From an uncultured archaeon (GTDB lineage Archaea > Iainarchaeota > Iainarchaeia > Iainarchaeales > JAAZKV01), in contig CAZOVD010000001.1 in the NCBI GenBank assembly GCA_964583285.1, positions 22,558 through 86,557 of the forward strand: DNA of 64,000 bases. The letters run 5' to 3'. Numbering within the stretch: the stretch's first letter is position 1; every line of letters starts with the position of its first letter. This document shows, piece after piece, positions 10,195-19,975 of the stretch. The notes under the pieces are model-generated. The model made no database searches, was not told the DNA's origin, and was given only the letters and a program-made list of their open reading frames with translations. The translations under genes and the position numbers were made by a program.

Positions 10195-10469
10195 ACTATG
10201 AATTACAATTTGCAAAAGAACTAATTGTTGATTTTAATAAATTATCAGAAAAAACTCAACTACAATTAAAAAAAAGATTTTTATTATTAAAACAAAATCC
10301 ATTTAAACAAAAATCACTAAGTGGATTTAAAGGAAAAATTTTTAGAATTCGTTTTAAAGAAAATAATATTGAAAAAAGATTAATTTATCAAGTAAAAGGA
10401 AATAAAATTATTGACAGAAAACACAACTACAAAGAATTAAAACAAGTACTTAATAATTATAATTTATAG
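10191..10469 (+). CDS. RelE/ParE-family toxin (type II TA)
   Basis: Start at MNYELQF. RelE/ParE-like pattern (YxLxFxxxxxxDFxKL...LxxNPF...LSGFKGKIFRIRF...RLIYQV), about 93 aa, translationally coupled to the RHH gene. Confidence 0.6.
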   Translation: MNYELQFAKELIVDFNKLSEKTQLQLKKRFLLLKQNPFKQKSLSGFKGKIFRIRFKENNIEKRLIYQVKGNKIIDRKHNYKELKQVLNNYNL

Positions 10470-10480
10470 GTGAAGAAAAA

Positions 10481-10876
10481 ATGGTTTATGATTTATTTGA
10501 AGTTAGAGTTGCTTGTTTTGTATTTAACGATGAAGAAAAAATGCTATTAATGAAAAATAATAAATCAACTTGGGGAATTCTTGGGGGACACATGGATAAT
10601 GGTGAACAAATAGAAGAAACCGCACATAGAGAAGCAAAAGAAGAAGCAAATATTGAAATTGAAATTATAAAACAATTTGGAATTGATGTGTTTGATAATT
10701 CAATTGTAATTAGATATGCTTGCAAATATAAAAGTGGAGAAATAAAATTACAAGAAAGCGAAATAAAAGACTACAAATGGATAGAACATGGTGAACTAGA
10801 AAAATACAATTTAACTTTTAAAGAACTGCCAATGCTTGCAAAAAGAGCAAAAGAAATTATTTTTGAAAATAAATAA
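10481..10876 (+). CDS. Nudix hydrolase
   Basis: 131 aa; Nudix box GGHMDNGEQIEETAHREAKEEANIEIE (Gx5Ex7REUxEExGU). Confidence 0.8.
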   Translation: MVYDLFEVRVACFVFNDEEKMLLMKNNKSTWGILGGHMDNGEQIEETAHREAKEEANIEIEIIKQFGIDVFDNSIVIRYACKYKSGEIKLQESEIKDYKWIEHGELEKYNLTFKELPMLAKRAKEIIFENK

Positions 10877-10889
10877 TTTTTATTTCAAA

Positions 10890-13505
10890 CTATTCAACTA
10901 TTAGTGCAGGCTTTGCAGGAAGTGCATTTTTTGATTTTACATCACTACTATTTTCTGCAGAAATAATTTCAATAGTACCAAACTCGCTGGCAAGTTTTGG
11001 TTTTAATTTATTTAACACACTTTCTTCATCAAATCTAGCAATATCAAGTAATTCCTGTCGGTTATTTATTGCTTTTAAAAAAGTCTGCATTTCGCCACCA
11101 TACTTTTTCATTTCTTCTTCTTGCATTAAAAATTTCATTGAAGTTGCAAAATCAAATTTATCTTTATTAACTATTTGTATTATTTCAAGAGCCTTCCATT
11201 TCCACTGTGGGGCGACGATTATTTTTACTTTTGAAATTTTTTCAATTTTTGCAAGTTCTTTTACTGTTAAAATATCTTTCCTAATATTTTCAATTACTTC
11301 TTCTACTTTCTCAATACCTAAATTAATTTTACTTTCATCATACTCTGGCCAACTCTCAACACTAATAAAACTTTTATTACCAATGCTTTCCCAAAGTTCT
11401 TCTGCTAAATGTGGCATGAATGGCGAAATTATTTTTAAGAATTTTTCAAGAGTATCTTTTGAAACTTCACTTTCGTTTTCAAAATGATCAAACAATTGTC
11501 TTAACTTAATTATTGAAATATTATATTTAAACTCACTAATTTCGCTTGTAACATCTTTAATAGTTCTATTTAATTTTGACAAAGTTAAATCAGAATCTTT
11601 TCCAATTCTAACACTTGAAAAATAATCAAATATTTTGTTTACTATTCTTTTTGATCCTTCAATTCCTTTCTCACTCCAATCTCTTTCTTTATCAGGCGCT
11701 GCTAGTGAAAGTAAAAATAACCTTGCAGTATCAATACCATAATTCTCACTTACTGCATCAGGATTAACTACATTGCCTTTGCTCTTACTCATTTTTACTC
11801 CACCTTCACCTTGAAGCATTCCTTGATGGAACAAATTTAATGCAGGTTCACGAAAATTAATTAACCCCAAATCAGCTAAAAATTTTGTATAAAATCTAAA
11901 ATAAATCAAATGCATACAAGCATGTTCGCTACCACCAATATATTGATCTATTGGACAAAAGTAATTTGCTTTTTCTTTACTAAAAATTTCTTTACTATTA
12001 TTTGGATCAACATATCTTAAAAAATACCAACTTGAATTTACAAAAGTATCCATTGTATCAGTTTCTCTTCTTGCATCATTACCACAGCTTGGACATTTTG
12101 TTTTAATCCAATCAACATTTGTTGTTAGTGGATTTCCTTTTCCAAAGATAACTTCTTTTGGAAGTTCAACTGGCAAATCTTTTTCTTCAACTGGAACAGC
12201 GCCACATTTTTCGCAATGAATTATAGGTATTGGAGTTCCCCAATATCTTTGTCTACTAATTCCCCAATCTCTTAATTTAAAATTAATAACTTTTTTTCCT
12301 TTCTTATTTTCAATAAGCCAATCAGTAATTTTTTTTATTGCTTCACGACTATTAATACCATTAAATTGTTCTGAATTAATTAAAACTCCTTCACCAGTGT
12401 GTGCTCTTTTATCAGTAATTTTTCCTTCAATTACTTCTTTTATTTTTATACCATATTTTTTTGCAAATTCAAAATCTCTTTGATCATGAGCTGGAACTGC
12501 CATAACCATACCACTACCATAATCTGCCAAAACAAAATTACCTGCATAAACTGGAACCCTTTCGCCTGTTGCTGGATTTACTGCATAAGTTCCAGTAAAT
12601 ACTCCTTCTTTTTCTAAAGATTCCATCTCTTTTTCTGAAACTGAATTTATTTTCTCTAAAAATTCTTCAACTTCTTTTTTTTGCTCATCAGTAACTAAAC
12701 TCCACAAATCTTTATGTGCTGCAGCAACAACTACAAAAGTTACTCCAAAAATAGTATCAGGGCGAGTTGTAAAAACAGGCCAAGTTTTTCCATTAATCTC
12801 AAAATTAATTTCAGTACCATGACTTTTTCCTATCCAGTTTTTTTGCATAGCTTTAGTTTTAGCCGGCCAACCTTCTAAACTATCAATACTTTCATAAAGT
12901 TCATCCGCATAGTTTGTAATTTTAAAAAACCATTGTTTTAATCTTTTTATTTCAACTTTAGTATCATCATGTCGCCAGCACATACCCCCTTGCACTTGTT
13001 CGTTTGCAAGAACAGTATCACACTTTGGGCACCAATTAACTAAAGATTCTTTTTGATAAGCTAAATTATTTTCTAGCATTTTTAAAAAAATCCATTGATC
13101 CCATTTATAATATTCTTTATCAGCAGTATTAATTAGTTTACTCCAATCATAACTAACACCAAGAGCTTTTTGTTGTCGAATAAAATTTTTTATAGAATTA
13201 TCAGTATAATCTTTTGGATGCGTGCCTGCTTTTATTGCAGCATTTTCTGCCGGAAGACCTAATGCATCATAACCCATTGGATATAAAACATTAAAACCAT
13301 TCATTCTCTTAAACCGAGCAAAAACATCCCCTATAGTATAATTAAGAGCATGCCCCATGTGAAGACCATCCCCACTAGGATAAGGAAACATTTCAAGAAC
13401 ATAGTATTTTGGCTTTTTTGAATTTTCTTCTACTTCAAAAATTTTAGCACTTTCCCACTTATCTTGCCATTTCTTTTCAATCTGCTTAAAATTAACTTCT
13501 TGCAT
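10890..13505 (-). CDS. leuS: Leucyl-tRNA synthetase (archaeal type)
   Basis: 871 aa; HMGH (HIGH) motif, CP1 editing domain, KMSKSKGN motif. Confidence 0.9.
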   Translation of the reverse strand: MQEVNFKQIEKKWQDKWESAKIFEVEENSKKPKYYVLEMFPYPSGDGLHMGHALNYTIGDVFARFKRMNGFNVLYPMGYDALGLPAENAAIKAGTHPKDYTDNSIKNFIRQQKALGVSYDWSKLINTADKEYYKWDQWIFLKMLENNLAYQKESLVNWCPKCDTVLANEQVQGGMCWRHDDTKVEIKRLKQWFFKITNYADELYESIDSLEGWPAKTKAMQKNWIGKSHGTEINFEINGKTWPVFTTRPDTIFGVTFVVVAAAHKDLWSLVTDEQKKEVEEFLEKINSVSEKEMESLEKEGVFTGTYAVNPATGERVPVYAGNFVLADYGSGMVMAVPAHDQRDFEFAKKYGIKIKEVIEGKITDKRAHTGEGVLINSEQFNGINSREAIKKITDWLIENKKGKKVINFKLRDWGISRQRYWGTPIPIIHCEKCGAVPVEEKDLPVELPKEVIFGKGNPLTTNVDWIKTKCPSCGNDARRETDTMDTFVNSSWYFLRYVDPNNSKEIFSKEKANYFCPIDQYIGGSEHACMHLIYFRFYTKFLADLGLINFREPALNLFHQGMLQGEGGVKMSKSKGNVVNPDAVSENYGIDTARLFLLSLAAPDKERDWSEKGIEGSKRIVNKIFDYFSSVRIGKDSDLTLSKLNRTIKDVTSEISEFKYNISIIKLRQLFDHFENESEVSKDTLEKFLKIISPFMPHLAEELWESIGNKSFISVESWPEYDESKINLGIEKVEEVIENIRKDILTVKELAKIEKISKVKIIVAPQWKWKALEIIQIVNKDKFDFATSMKFLMQEEEMKKYGGEMQTFLKAINNRQELLDIARFDEESVLNKLKPKLASEFGTIEIISAENSSDVKSKNALPAKPALIVE

Positions 13506-13615
13506 ACTAAAAGCAAGTTGAAAAAGGTTTAAAATTGCTTTTGAATTAATTAAAACTTAATTCAATGAACGAAATTTAAGTTAGTTTAATAAATGAATAA
13601 AATCTCAAAATTTTA

Positions 13616-14011
13616 ATGAAACTTTATTTAGATAGTAATGTGTTTATCTCATTAATTAAGGAAGAACTTGATAAAAACCTAAGACCATTATACTTAGAGG
13701 CTGAAGAGTTTTTTAGTTATGTCTCAACTAAACAAATAATACTTGTTCTATCTGAACTGTTTTTTGAAGAGGTATATAAGATTAGTAATTTTAAAAAAGA
13801 GCGAGTAATCCAGTATTTTAAAAAAATTGATGTGCCTGTTTTAATAATTGAAAAAAACCAAATGGGTGGAGAAGTTAAAGGAATACATTATCCTGATTCA
13901 AAACATGCTGCAACTGCAATAAAATTTGGTTGTAAATACATAATAACATTCAATACTAAAGATTTTGAAAATTTAAGAGAAATAGACTCCATTACTCCTA
14001 ACGAGTTTTAG
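13616..14011 (+). CDS. PIN-domain nuclease (VapC-like), no cognate antitoxin in operon
   Basis: 131 aa. N-terminal LDSNVFI (first catalytic Asp), C-terminal DSKHAATAI...ITFNTKDF (PIN acidic residues). Confidence 0.55.
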   Translation: MKLYLDSNVFISLIKEELDKNLRPLYLEAEEFFSYVSTKQIILVLSELFFEEVYKISNFKKERVIQYFKKIDVPVLIIEKNQMGGEVKGIHYPDSKHAATAIKFGCKYIITFNTKDFENLREIDSITPNEF

Positions 14012-14021
14012 ATTTAAAAAA

Positions 14022-14285
14022 TTATAAATTATTTGCAAGAATAGTTTTATCCTTTTGAGACAATTTATTTATTTTCATACCTTTCTTTCTAAATTCGTCT
14101 CTTAATTCTTGTGAAGCATTATGAACCTTATCAAATGAATCCATTATTATTAGCTGTCTTTCAATAGCTTTTCTTACTGATTCTTTAATAAATTCACTTC
14201 TTGAAGAATAAAATCCATTTTTAACTAAATTATCAATTGCCATTGCAAGCGAGTCTTCTACCTGAAAAGTTATCATTTTTACCAT
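14022..14285 (-). CDS. Ribbon-helix-helix (CopG-family) DNA-binding protein
   Basis: 87 aa; ITFQVEDSLAMAIDNLVKNGFYSSRSEFIKESVRKAIE fits the RHH fold; convergent with the PIN gene. Confidence 0.5.
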   Translation of the reverse strand: MVKMITFQVEDSLAMAIDNLVKNGFYSSRSEFIKESVRKAIERQLIIMDSFDKVHNASQELRDEFRKKGMKINKLSQKDKTILANNL

Positions 14286-14360
14286 ATTAATAAATTAATA
14301 ATATGTTATTAAAAGGTTTTTGGTTATATTAAAATAAACAAACAAAATAGTCAATAAAAA

Positions 14361-14378
14361 ATCAACTTTTCAGTTGAT
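14361..14378. promoter_or_regulatory. Palindrome ATCAACTTTTCAGTTGAT (same half-sites as 9415-9432) plus a third AAAAATCAAC half-site at 14381-14390
   Basis: 7-bp inverted arms with 4-nt spacer, 76 nt upstream of the RHH gene start (14285, minus strand). Confidence 0.45.
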
Positions 14379-14564
14379 AAAAAATCAACCAAGCAAATAA
14401 TAATCTAATAAATAAAATATTATAATGTTTACAAAAACTCAATCTAAAATAAATAAAAATTTTGATTCTTACAAAAAAAGCATTTATTTTGAAAAAGGAA
14501 ACTCTGAAAATTTTCATAAAGTAATAAGAGAATTAGACGAAATAACAAAAAACAATTTACTGTA

Positions 14565-15356
14565 TTAAATTAAATATTCTTTTCTAATATTATCCGCAAC
14601 AAAACTATCATTAATAACAAAGACCTTTATTCTTGCTTTTATCTTTTGCATATTTTCTAAATGATTAATTAAATCAAACTCTTCAAGTTTCTTTGGAGAC
14701 CTATTTTGTTTTTTCCATAAATTCCTAAAATCAGAATCATACCAAATATATGCAACAAAATCACCAGTCACTAAAATGTCAAGCAGATCAGTAGAAGAAT
14801 TATTTTTTTGAACAACTTTTTTCACACCAAGTTTTTTTAAAGCAGAAGCAAAAAACAAATCCAGATTATTAAGCTCATTTACAAAACAATAAGTACGAGT
14901 CTTTTTGTATATTTGCATTAACTTATTACTTAAACTCTTATCAATACCAATTACTGAATAAGGAAAAAAACACAAATTAACATTAGGTTTATTACTAACA
15001 TTTGGGTAAAATAAAAATTTATTTATAAGAAAATCAGCTAATTCTAAAATCCCAAAAAACTCAAATTCTTCAAAGTTATTAATTTTATTATTTGCCAAAA
15101 CTATTTTTTGATGAACTAAATTACTTTGGTTTCTAATAGAATTAACCCAATCAATTGAAAGCAAATAATACTTATCTTCTTTTAACAAAACAATATCATC
15201 AAATAATTCATTAACAACCTTATGAACTCTCTGATAAGAAATATTTTTTGAATAATTAGTTTTTACACTAAAATAAATTTCTTTTGCAGAAAGTTTCTTA
15301 TTTTCAAGCAACTCTTTAATAATGAGCTCTTTTAAACCACTAAACCCCAAAAACAT
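14565..15356 (-). CDS. Hypothetical protein with N-terminal winged-helix-like region
   Basis: 263 aa. N-terminal about 70 aa resembles a wHTH (LSAKEIYFSV...QRVHKVVNELFDDIVLLKEDKYYLLS); C-terminal part unknown. Confidence 0.35.
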   Translation of the reverse strand: MFLGFSGLKELIIKELLENKKLSAKEIYFSVKTNYSKNISYQRVHKVVNELFDDIVLLKEDKYYLLSIDWVNSIRNQSNLVHQKIVLANNKINNFEEFEFFGILELADFLINKFLFYPNVSNKPNVNLCFFPYSVIGIDKSLSNKLMQIYKKTRTYCFVNELNNLDLFFASALKKLGVKKVVQKNNSSTDLLDILVTGDFVAYIWYDSDFRNLWKKQNRSPKKLEEFDLINHLENMQKIKARIKVFVINDSFVADNIRKEYLI

Positions 15357-15408
15357 ACAAATATATTTAATAAAAAAGATTAATAATTAATATATTTGAT
15401 GTGAAAAA

Positions 15409-15873
15409 ATGAATTGTTTTGGAAATACAAACAAAATAGCAATAGTATCTGGATTTGGAGAAAGTGAGATAAGCAAACTAAATGCATTTGACAATGCATT
15501 AATTAACGCAAAAATACATGATTTAAATTTAATAAAAGTGTCATCAATACTGTCAAAAAATACAAAAATCGTAAAAAAGTTTGAAATTGAAAAAGGAAGT
15601 TTTTGCCCTTGTGTATTAAGTATAGCACATGGAGAAAAAAATGAGGAAATTTGCAGCGGGATAGGAATAGGATTTAACAATGAAAAATATGGTTATGTAA
15701 TGGAAGCGCAAGAAGAAAGCCAAGCACACACTATACTGAAATTAGAAAAAAATTTATGTGAAATGGCGCAAAACAGAAACCAAAAAATAATAACAAAAAA
15801 AATAATAATAAAGAGTGGAAAATCCACTAAAAAATTTAGTTGCGCAGTAACTGCAGTAATTTACTTATTTTAA
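15409..15873 (+). CDS. pdaD: Pyruvoyl-dependent arginine decarboxylase
   Basis: 154 aa. IAIVSGFGESEISKLNAFDNALINAKIHDLNLIKVSSIL matches the PdaD N-terminal signature including the Ser self-cleavage region; typical size. Confidence 0.8.
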   Translation: MNCFGNTNKIAIVSGFGESEISKLNAFDNALINAKIHDLNLIKVSSILSKNTKIVKKFEIEKGSFCPCVLSIAHGEKNEEICSGIGIGFNNEKYGYVMEAQEESQAHTILKLEKNLCEMAQNRNQKIITKKIIIKSGKSTKKFSCAVTAVIYLF

Positions 15874-15970
15874 AAATAATTAATCTTATACTACAAAAAT
15901 AATAAATTACAAATAACTATATATAGATAAAGTAATAAATAAGTATTTACACAAAGTTATTGTATTTATA

Positions 15971-17215
15971 TTGATTTTTATGATAGAAATTGTAGTAGGC
16001 ACAAGTCAAAACTGGGATCCTGAAGAAGCAATTAAAGAAGCATTAAGTGAATCACTAAAAAAAGATGAGGAAAAACCAAAATTTATTCTTTTATTTTCTA
16101 CAACCCACTATAAAAAAAATGGCGGGTTTAAAAAGATTTTAAATACAGTTTATAACTCAGTCCCAAAAAATACCCCTTTATTAGGCGGGAGTGTTGCAGG
16201 ATTTATGAATAAAAAAGGGTGTTTTACTAGAGGAATATCAATATTAATTTGTTATTCGGATGAAATAGAAATAGATATAGGTTTATCTAAAAACACAAAA
16301 TTATTACCAAAAATAGCTGGAAAAAATTGCGCAAAACAAATAATGAAAAATTACCCAGATTTTCCAAATAAATATTTTATATTTTTAGTTTCAAGTGCAA
16401 CAGTACCAAATTTTCCAATAATAAATAAAAAAATTGTTAATCTCCCAGGAATAAATTTGATTCTTAGTTTGTTTGATCCATTTAGTAAAATATTACAAAT
16501 TGGGCCCAGTAGAGATGAAACTATTTTCTCAGAATTCTCAAATAGTTTAAAAGATAGTTATGGAATTGGTGGAGGAGTTTGTGATAATTTAGAACTTTTT
16601 GATAATGCTTTATTTTTAAATAATAGTATTAATAAAAACTCTGTAGCAGCAATTTGTATTAATACTAAAAGAGAATTGAAAATAAACTCAAGCAATGGAT
16701 TAAGACCAACCAATAAAGTATTTACAATAACTGACATATCTAAAAGCGGATATATAATAAACAAAATTAATAATGAACCACCATTAAAAACATATTTAGA
16801 CACAATGGGGTGGTCTGAAGATATATTAGATGAAAGAATTTATAGAAAAATATTTTATTATCCAATAATTAATGAAAATGATGAAAAGAAGGAACCACGG
16901 ATGTTTGGTCTTATTTATGGAAATAAATTTATATTTCCAATGAAAGGAAAACTCGGACAATCAAGAATATATCAATCTACCGGAAAAGATATAATTAATT
17001 CAGCAACAAATCTTATAGATGGCGAGCCTAAAAATTTTGGGATTGGCATTTCATGTGGAACTAAATTAGAAACTCTTGGAAAGAATTCTTATATAATCCA
17101 CGAAGAACTATCAAAAAAATTAAAAGAATTTTTAATAATATATACTGCCGGAGAATTTTATAAAAATAAATATCACTCATCAAATTATCAAACAGATACT
17201 ATGTTATCAGGCTAA
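15971..17215 (+). CDS. FIST-domain protein (putative sensory domain, function unknown)
   Basis: 414 aa. N-terminal FIST-N-like pattern (VGTSQNWDPEEAIKEA...LLFSTTHY...LLGGSVAGFM...GISILICYS) and a C-terminal FIST-C-like half. Confidence 0.5.
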   Translation: MIFMIEIVVGTSQNWDPEEAIKEALSESLKKDEEKPKFILLFSTTHYKKNGGFKKILNTVYNSVPKNTPLLGGSVAGFMNKKGCFTRGISILICYSDEIEIDIGLSKNTKLLPKIAGKNCAKQIMKNYPDFPNKYFIFLVSSATVPNFPIINKKIVNLPGINLILSLFDPFSKILQIGPSRDETIFSEFSNSLKDSYGIGGGVCDNLELFDNALFLNNSINKNSVAAICINTKRELKINSSNGLRPTNKVFTITDISKSGYIINKINNEPPLKTYLDTMGWSEDILDERIYRKIFYYPIINENDEKKEPRMFGLIYGNKFIFPMKGKLGQSRIYQSTGKDIINSATNLIDGEPKNFGIGISCGTKLETLGKNSYIIHEELSKKLKEFLIIYTAGEFYKNKYHSSNYQTDTMLSG

Positions 17216-18328
17216 CTTTATTAATTCAGATATGGGCATTTTATATAAGTTACTTATTTGATTACTAGATATTAGCCCACTAATAAGATAACACATAAGC
17301 AAATTACTTTTTGTAGAATTATCTAATGAATATAATTTATATATGGTGCTTAAAAGCTTATCAGACTCTAAAAACAATTCTTTTAATGGATTAATAAATT
17401 TTTTTTCAGTAATACTTTTTCCGACAGCATCACCAATTATTATCCCTGGTAATATTCCTTCAACAAATGGTTTTAAATTATCATTTGCAGCATCACCAAC
17501 TGCAATAACATTACCAAAATATCTATTAGACAAAAAATTATCAAACGGAGCATCTTTACTTTTATTAGAAATATATACTCCATTTTTTACTTGGTTTTTA
17601 ACTAAGTCGCTCTTTAAGAAATCTTTAAAGTATAATGACATATTTTTAGTTGGATATACTCCCCCAACTCCAATATTTGCTACTGAATCCGACTTAGGAA
17701 AAATATATGCATATCCTTTTGGAGTAAAGTCATCAAAAAATATTTGCTCGTATTTATTAAATTTTAAGTTTAGATTATTCATTTCCCAAGAATAGACTTT
17801 TGCATATTTTCCATACTTAGGCTCATAAACATCTAACAAGGTCAACATTTTAGAATGAACTCCGTCCGCAGCAATAACAAATTTTGGGTAAATTTCAATC
17901 CTTTTTTTCTTATTAAAAAATATTGCTTTTTTAACAACTTTTCTTGAATTATAATATATAGCTTTCAGATCAGTTTCTAATTTTAATAAAACACCATTAT
18001 CTTCAGCATTTTTCCCTAGCCATTTTTCAAAATTGGCTCTGTCCAAAGAAAAACCGGACCAAAATTCGCCAGTTTTTTTTATTGAAATTCCATTTGAGTT
18101 TAGAATAATGCCTTTTATTTTAAAATCTATAAATTTATTTGGAATACTAAATGGCAAATAATCAAATAGATAACTACCAATACCTTCAGCACACTTAACT
18201 GGTTCGCCAAGTATTTTTTTTTTGTCAATACAAATAACTTTTAAGCCTTTGATTGCCGCAGCTCTAGCTGCAGATAATCCTGCCGGACCAGCCCCCACAA
18301 CCAAGACATCACAGTCTAACTTTTCCAT
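17207..18328 (-). CDS. Geranylgeranyl reductase family FAD-dependent oxidoreductase
   Basis: 373 aa. N-terminal DVLVVGAGPAGLSAARAAA (GxGxxG FAD fold), internal GDAAN motif typical of GGR/ChlP; paralog of the next gene. Confidence 0.75.
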   Translation of the reverse strand: MEKLDCDVLVVGAGPAGLSAARAAAIKGLKVICIDKKKILGEPVKCAEGIGSYLFDYLPFSIPNKFIDFKIKGIILNSNGISIKKTGEFWSGFSLDRANFEKWLGKNAEDNGVLLKLETDLKAIYYNSRKVVKKAIFFNKKKRIEIYPKFVIAADGVHSKMLTLLDVYEPKYGKYAKVYSWEMNNLNLKFNKYEQIFFDDFTPKGYAYIFPKSDSVANIGVGGVYPTKNMSLYFKDFLKSDLVKNQVKNGVYISNKSKDAPFDNFLSNRYFGNVIAVGDAANDNLKPFVEGILPGIIIGDAVGKSITEKKFINPLKELFLESDKLLSTIYKLYSLDNSTKSNLLMCYLISGLISSNQISNLYKMPISELIKLA

Positions 18329-18363
18329 AATAATAATACTATTTTAAACTATAAAAACTATTC

Positions 18364-19572
18364 TTAAAAAATTGCTTTTCTTATCAATCTCAGAGATTTT
18401 AACGGTTTTCTTAAGACTGCATTTATTAAATATCTTAGTTTGTATTCATCTGAATCAACTAAATAATCTAAGTGTTGATTTATATGCAAATAATTTGCAG
18501 TCTCAACTAAAAAGTCAATGTCTGAATTAGATAAATTGTTGTAAATTTTTCGCATTAGATTATTTTGTCTTTCATTTCCCAATATTTTTTTTAATTCTTT
18601 ATCATATTCAATTAAAGCATAATTATCTAACCCATATTTCAAAAGTGATTCTGCTAACAAATATCCTGATCTAATTGCTGGATTCACACCATATGCAAAA
18701 ACTGAACTTAGAGTCCCGGCAGAGTCTCCAACAAATGCAATATTACCAACAACCCGTTTAGAAACTTTAAATATTTTTCTTTCACCAGCATTAAAACTTA
18801 AAGTTTTTGACCCCAAAATAATGCTATACACTTCTGGATTTTTTTCTATAAATTTATAAAAATATTTTTGAATAGACTTATCCAATTTTTTCTTGTTTGC
18901 AACAATCATAGCAATCCCAATATCATTTGACACTTTTCCAATAAAAAAATATCCCCCCGGCGCATAAATTTGATCAAAAAAAATGTTTGTTGTTTCTTTT
19001 TCCATTCTTAGATTTGAAATTAAAGCACCAAAACCAATAATTTGAGTAGTATTTAATTCAGATATTTTAAGTTTTTTATAAAAAAATGAATCTATCCCAG
19101 TAGCAACAACAATTATTTTTGGAAATATTACTACTTTAGATTTATCTTTAATAATTTTTACAGACTTACAATTTTTATCTAAAAAATCTAAGTCATCTAT
19201 CTTAGAATTAAACCAAACATCAACTCCGTTAGATTTCATTGATAAAAATAATGAATAATCCAAAGAATTTTTTGATTTACCTCTTAAAAAAAATAAGTCA
19301 TGAACTTTTGAAACAAATGTGAATTTATCATTTGGTGAGAACCAAATCGATTTATTAGATTTTGTTAAATAATCTAGTTTTAATTCTTTAATTATTTCTT
19401 CAATTCCTTTACTCTCTGTAATGTCAATTTTTTCTGAATGAACGCTACCAGGCATTGAACCTTTATCTATACAAATTACTTCTAAACCTTCTTTTGCTAA
19501 TTTTGATGCACAAACTGCTCCCGCAGGACCCGCCCCCACAACTAAAATATCACATTTAAGATTTTTTTTCAT
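18364..19572 (-). CDS. Geranylgeranyl reductase family FAD-dependent oxidoreductase (paralog)
   Basis: 402 aa; DILVVGAGPAGAVCASKLAKEG; VGDSAG motif; same domain order as 17207-18328. Confidence 0.7.
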   Translation of the reverse strand: MKKNLKCDILVVGAGPAGAVCASKLAKEGLEVICIDKGSMPGSVHSEKIDITESKGIEEIIKELKLDYLTKSNKSIWFSPNDKFTFVSKVHDLFFLRGKSKNSLDYSLFLSMKSNGVDVWFNSKIDDLDFLDKNCKSVKIIKDKSKVVIFPKIIVVATGIDSFFYKKLKISELNTTQIIGFGALISNLRMEKETTNIFFDQIYAPGGYFFIGKVSNDIGIAMIVANKKKLDKSIQKYFYKFIEKNPEVYSIILGSKTLSFNAGERKIFKVSKRVVGNIAFVGDSAGTLSSVFAYGVNPAIRSGYLLAESLLKYGLDNYALIEYDKELKKILGNERQNNLMRKIYNNLSNSDIDFLVETANYLHINQHLDYLVDSDEYKLRYLINAVLRKPLKSLRLIRKAIF

Positions 19573-19600
19573 AATAAGATATATTTAATCTTTAATTTAT

Positions 19601-19975
19601 TTATTCTTTCCTATCAAGAATTGTTTGTACCTTTCTTTTTGTATTCTCAACCTCTACATCTATTAGACCAATATTGGATAAAGCTGGGATAATAACCATT
19701 AATGAATAAGTTTGGTTTATAGGCGCAAAGATTATTATATATTCTCCTAACTCAAAATTAAATCTCTCAACTTTATATAAAAAGAATTTTTCAATTATTG
19801 GGAATATTTGTGTTGTTGATTCTTTTACAAGATTCCAAAATTTGGCATCTTTTAATTTTATGTTGTTTGGAGTTACCCCGCCTAAATCTTTTCTTGCTAG
19901 CATACAAGCAAGAACATCATCTAGTTTAAGTAAATCTTCTAAAACTAACAGTACATCTTCTTTTTTTCCCATCAA
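19601..19975 (-). CDS. Roadblock/LC7 (MglB-like) domain protein
   Basis: 124 aa; DVLACMLARKDLGGV core and alpha-beta-beta-alpha-beta spacing typical of Roadblock/LC7; ATGA-type overlap with the upstream membrane protein gene. Confidence 0.45.
   Translation of the reverse strand: MMGKKEDVLLVLEDLLKLDDVLACMLARKDLGGVTPNNIKLKDAKFWNLVKESTTQIFPIIEKFFLYKVERFNFELGEYIIIFAPINQTYSLMVIIPALSNIGLIDVEVENTKRKVQTILDRKE

Noticed and set aside
15387-15680. 97-aa minus-strand ORF
   Set aside because: Antisense overlap with the well-supported pdaD gene; low-complexity sequence.
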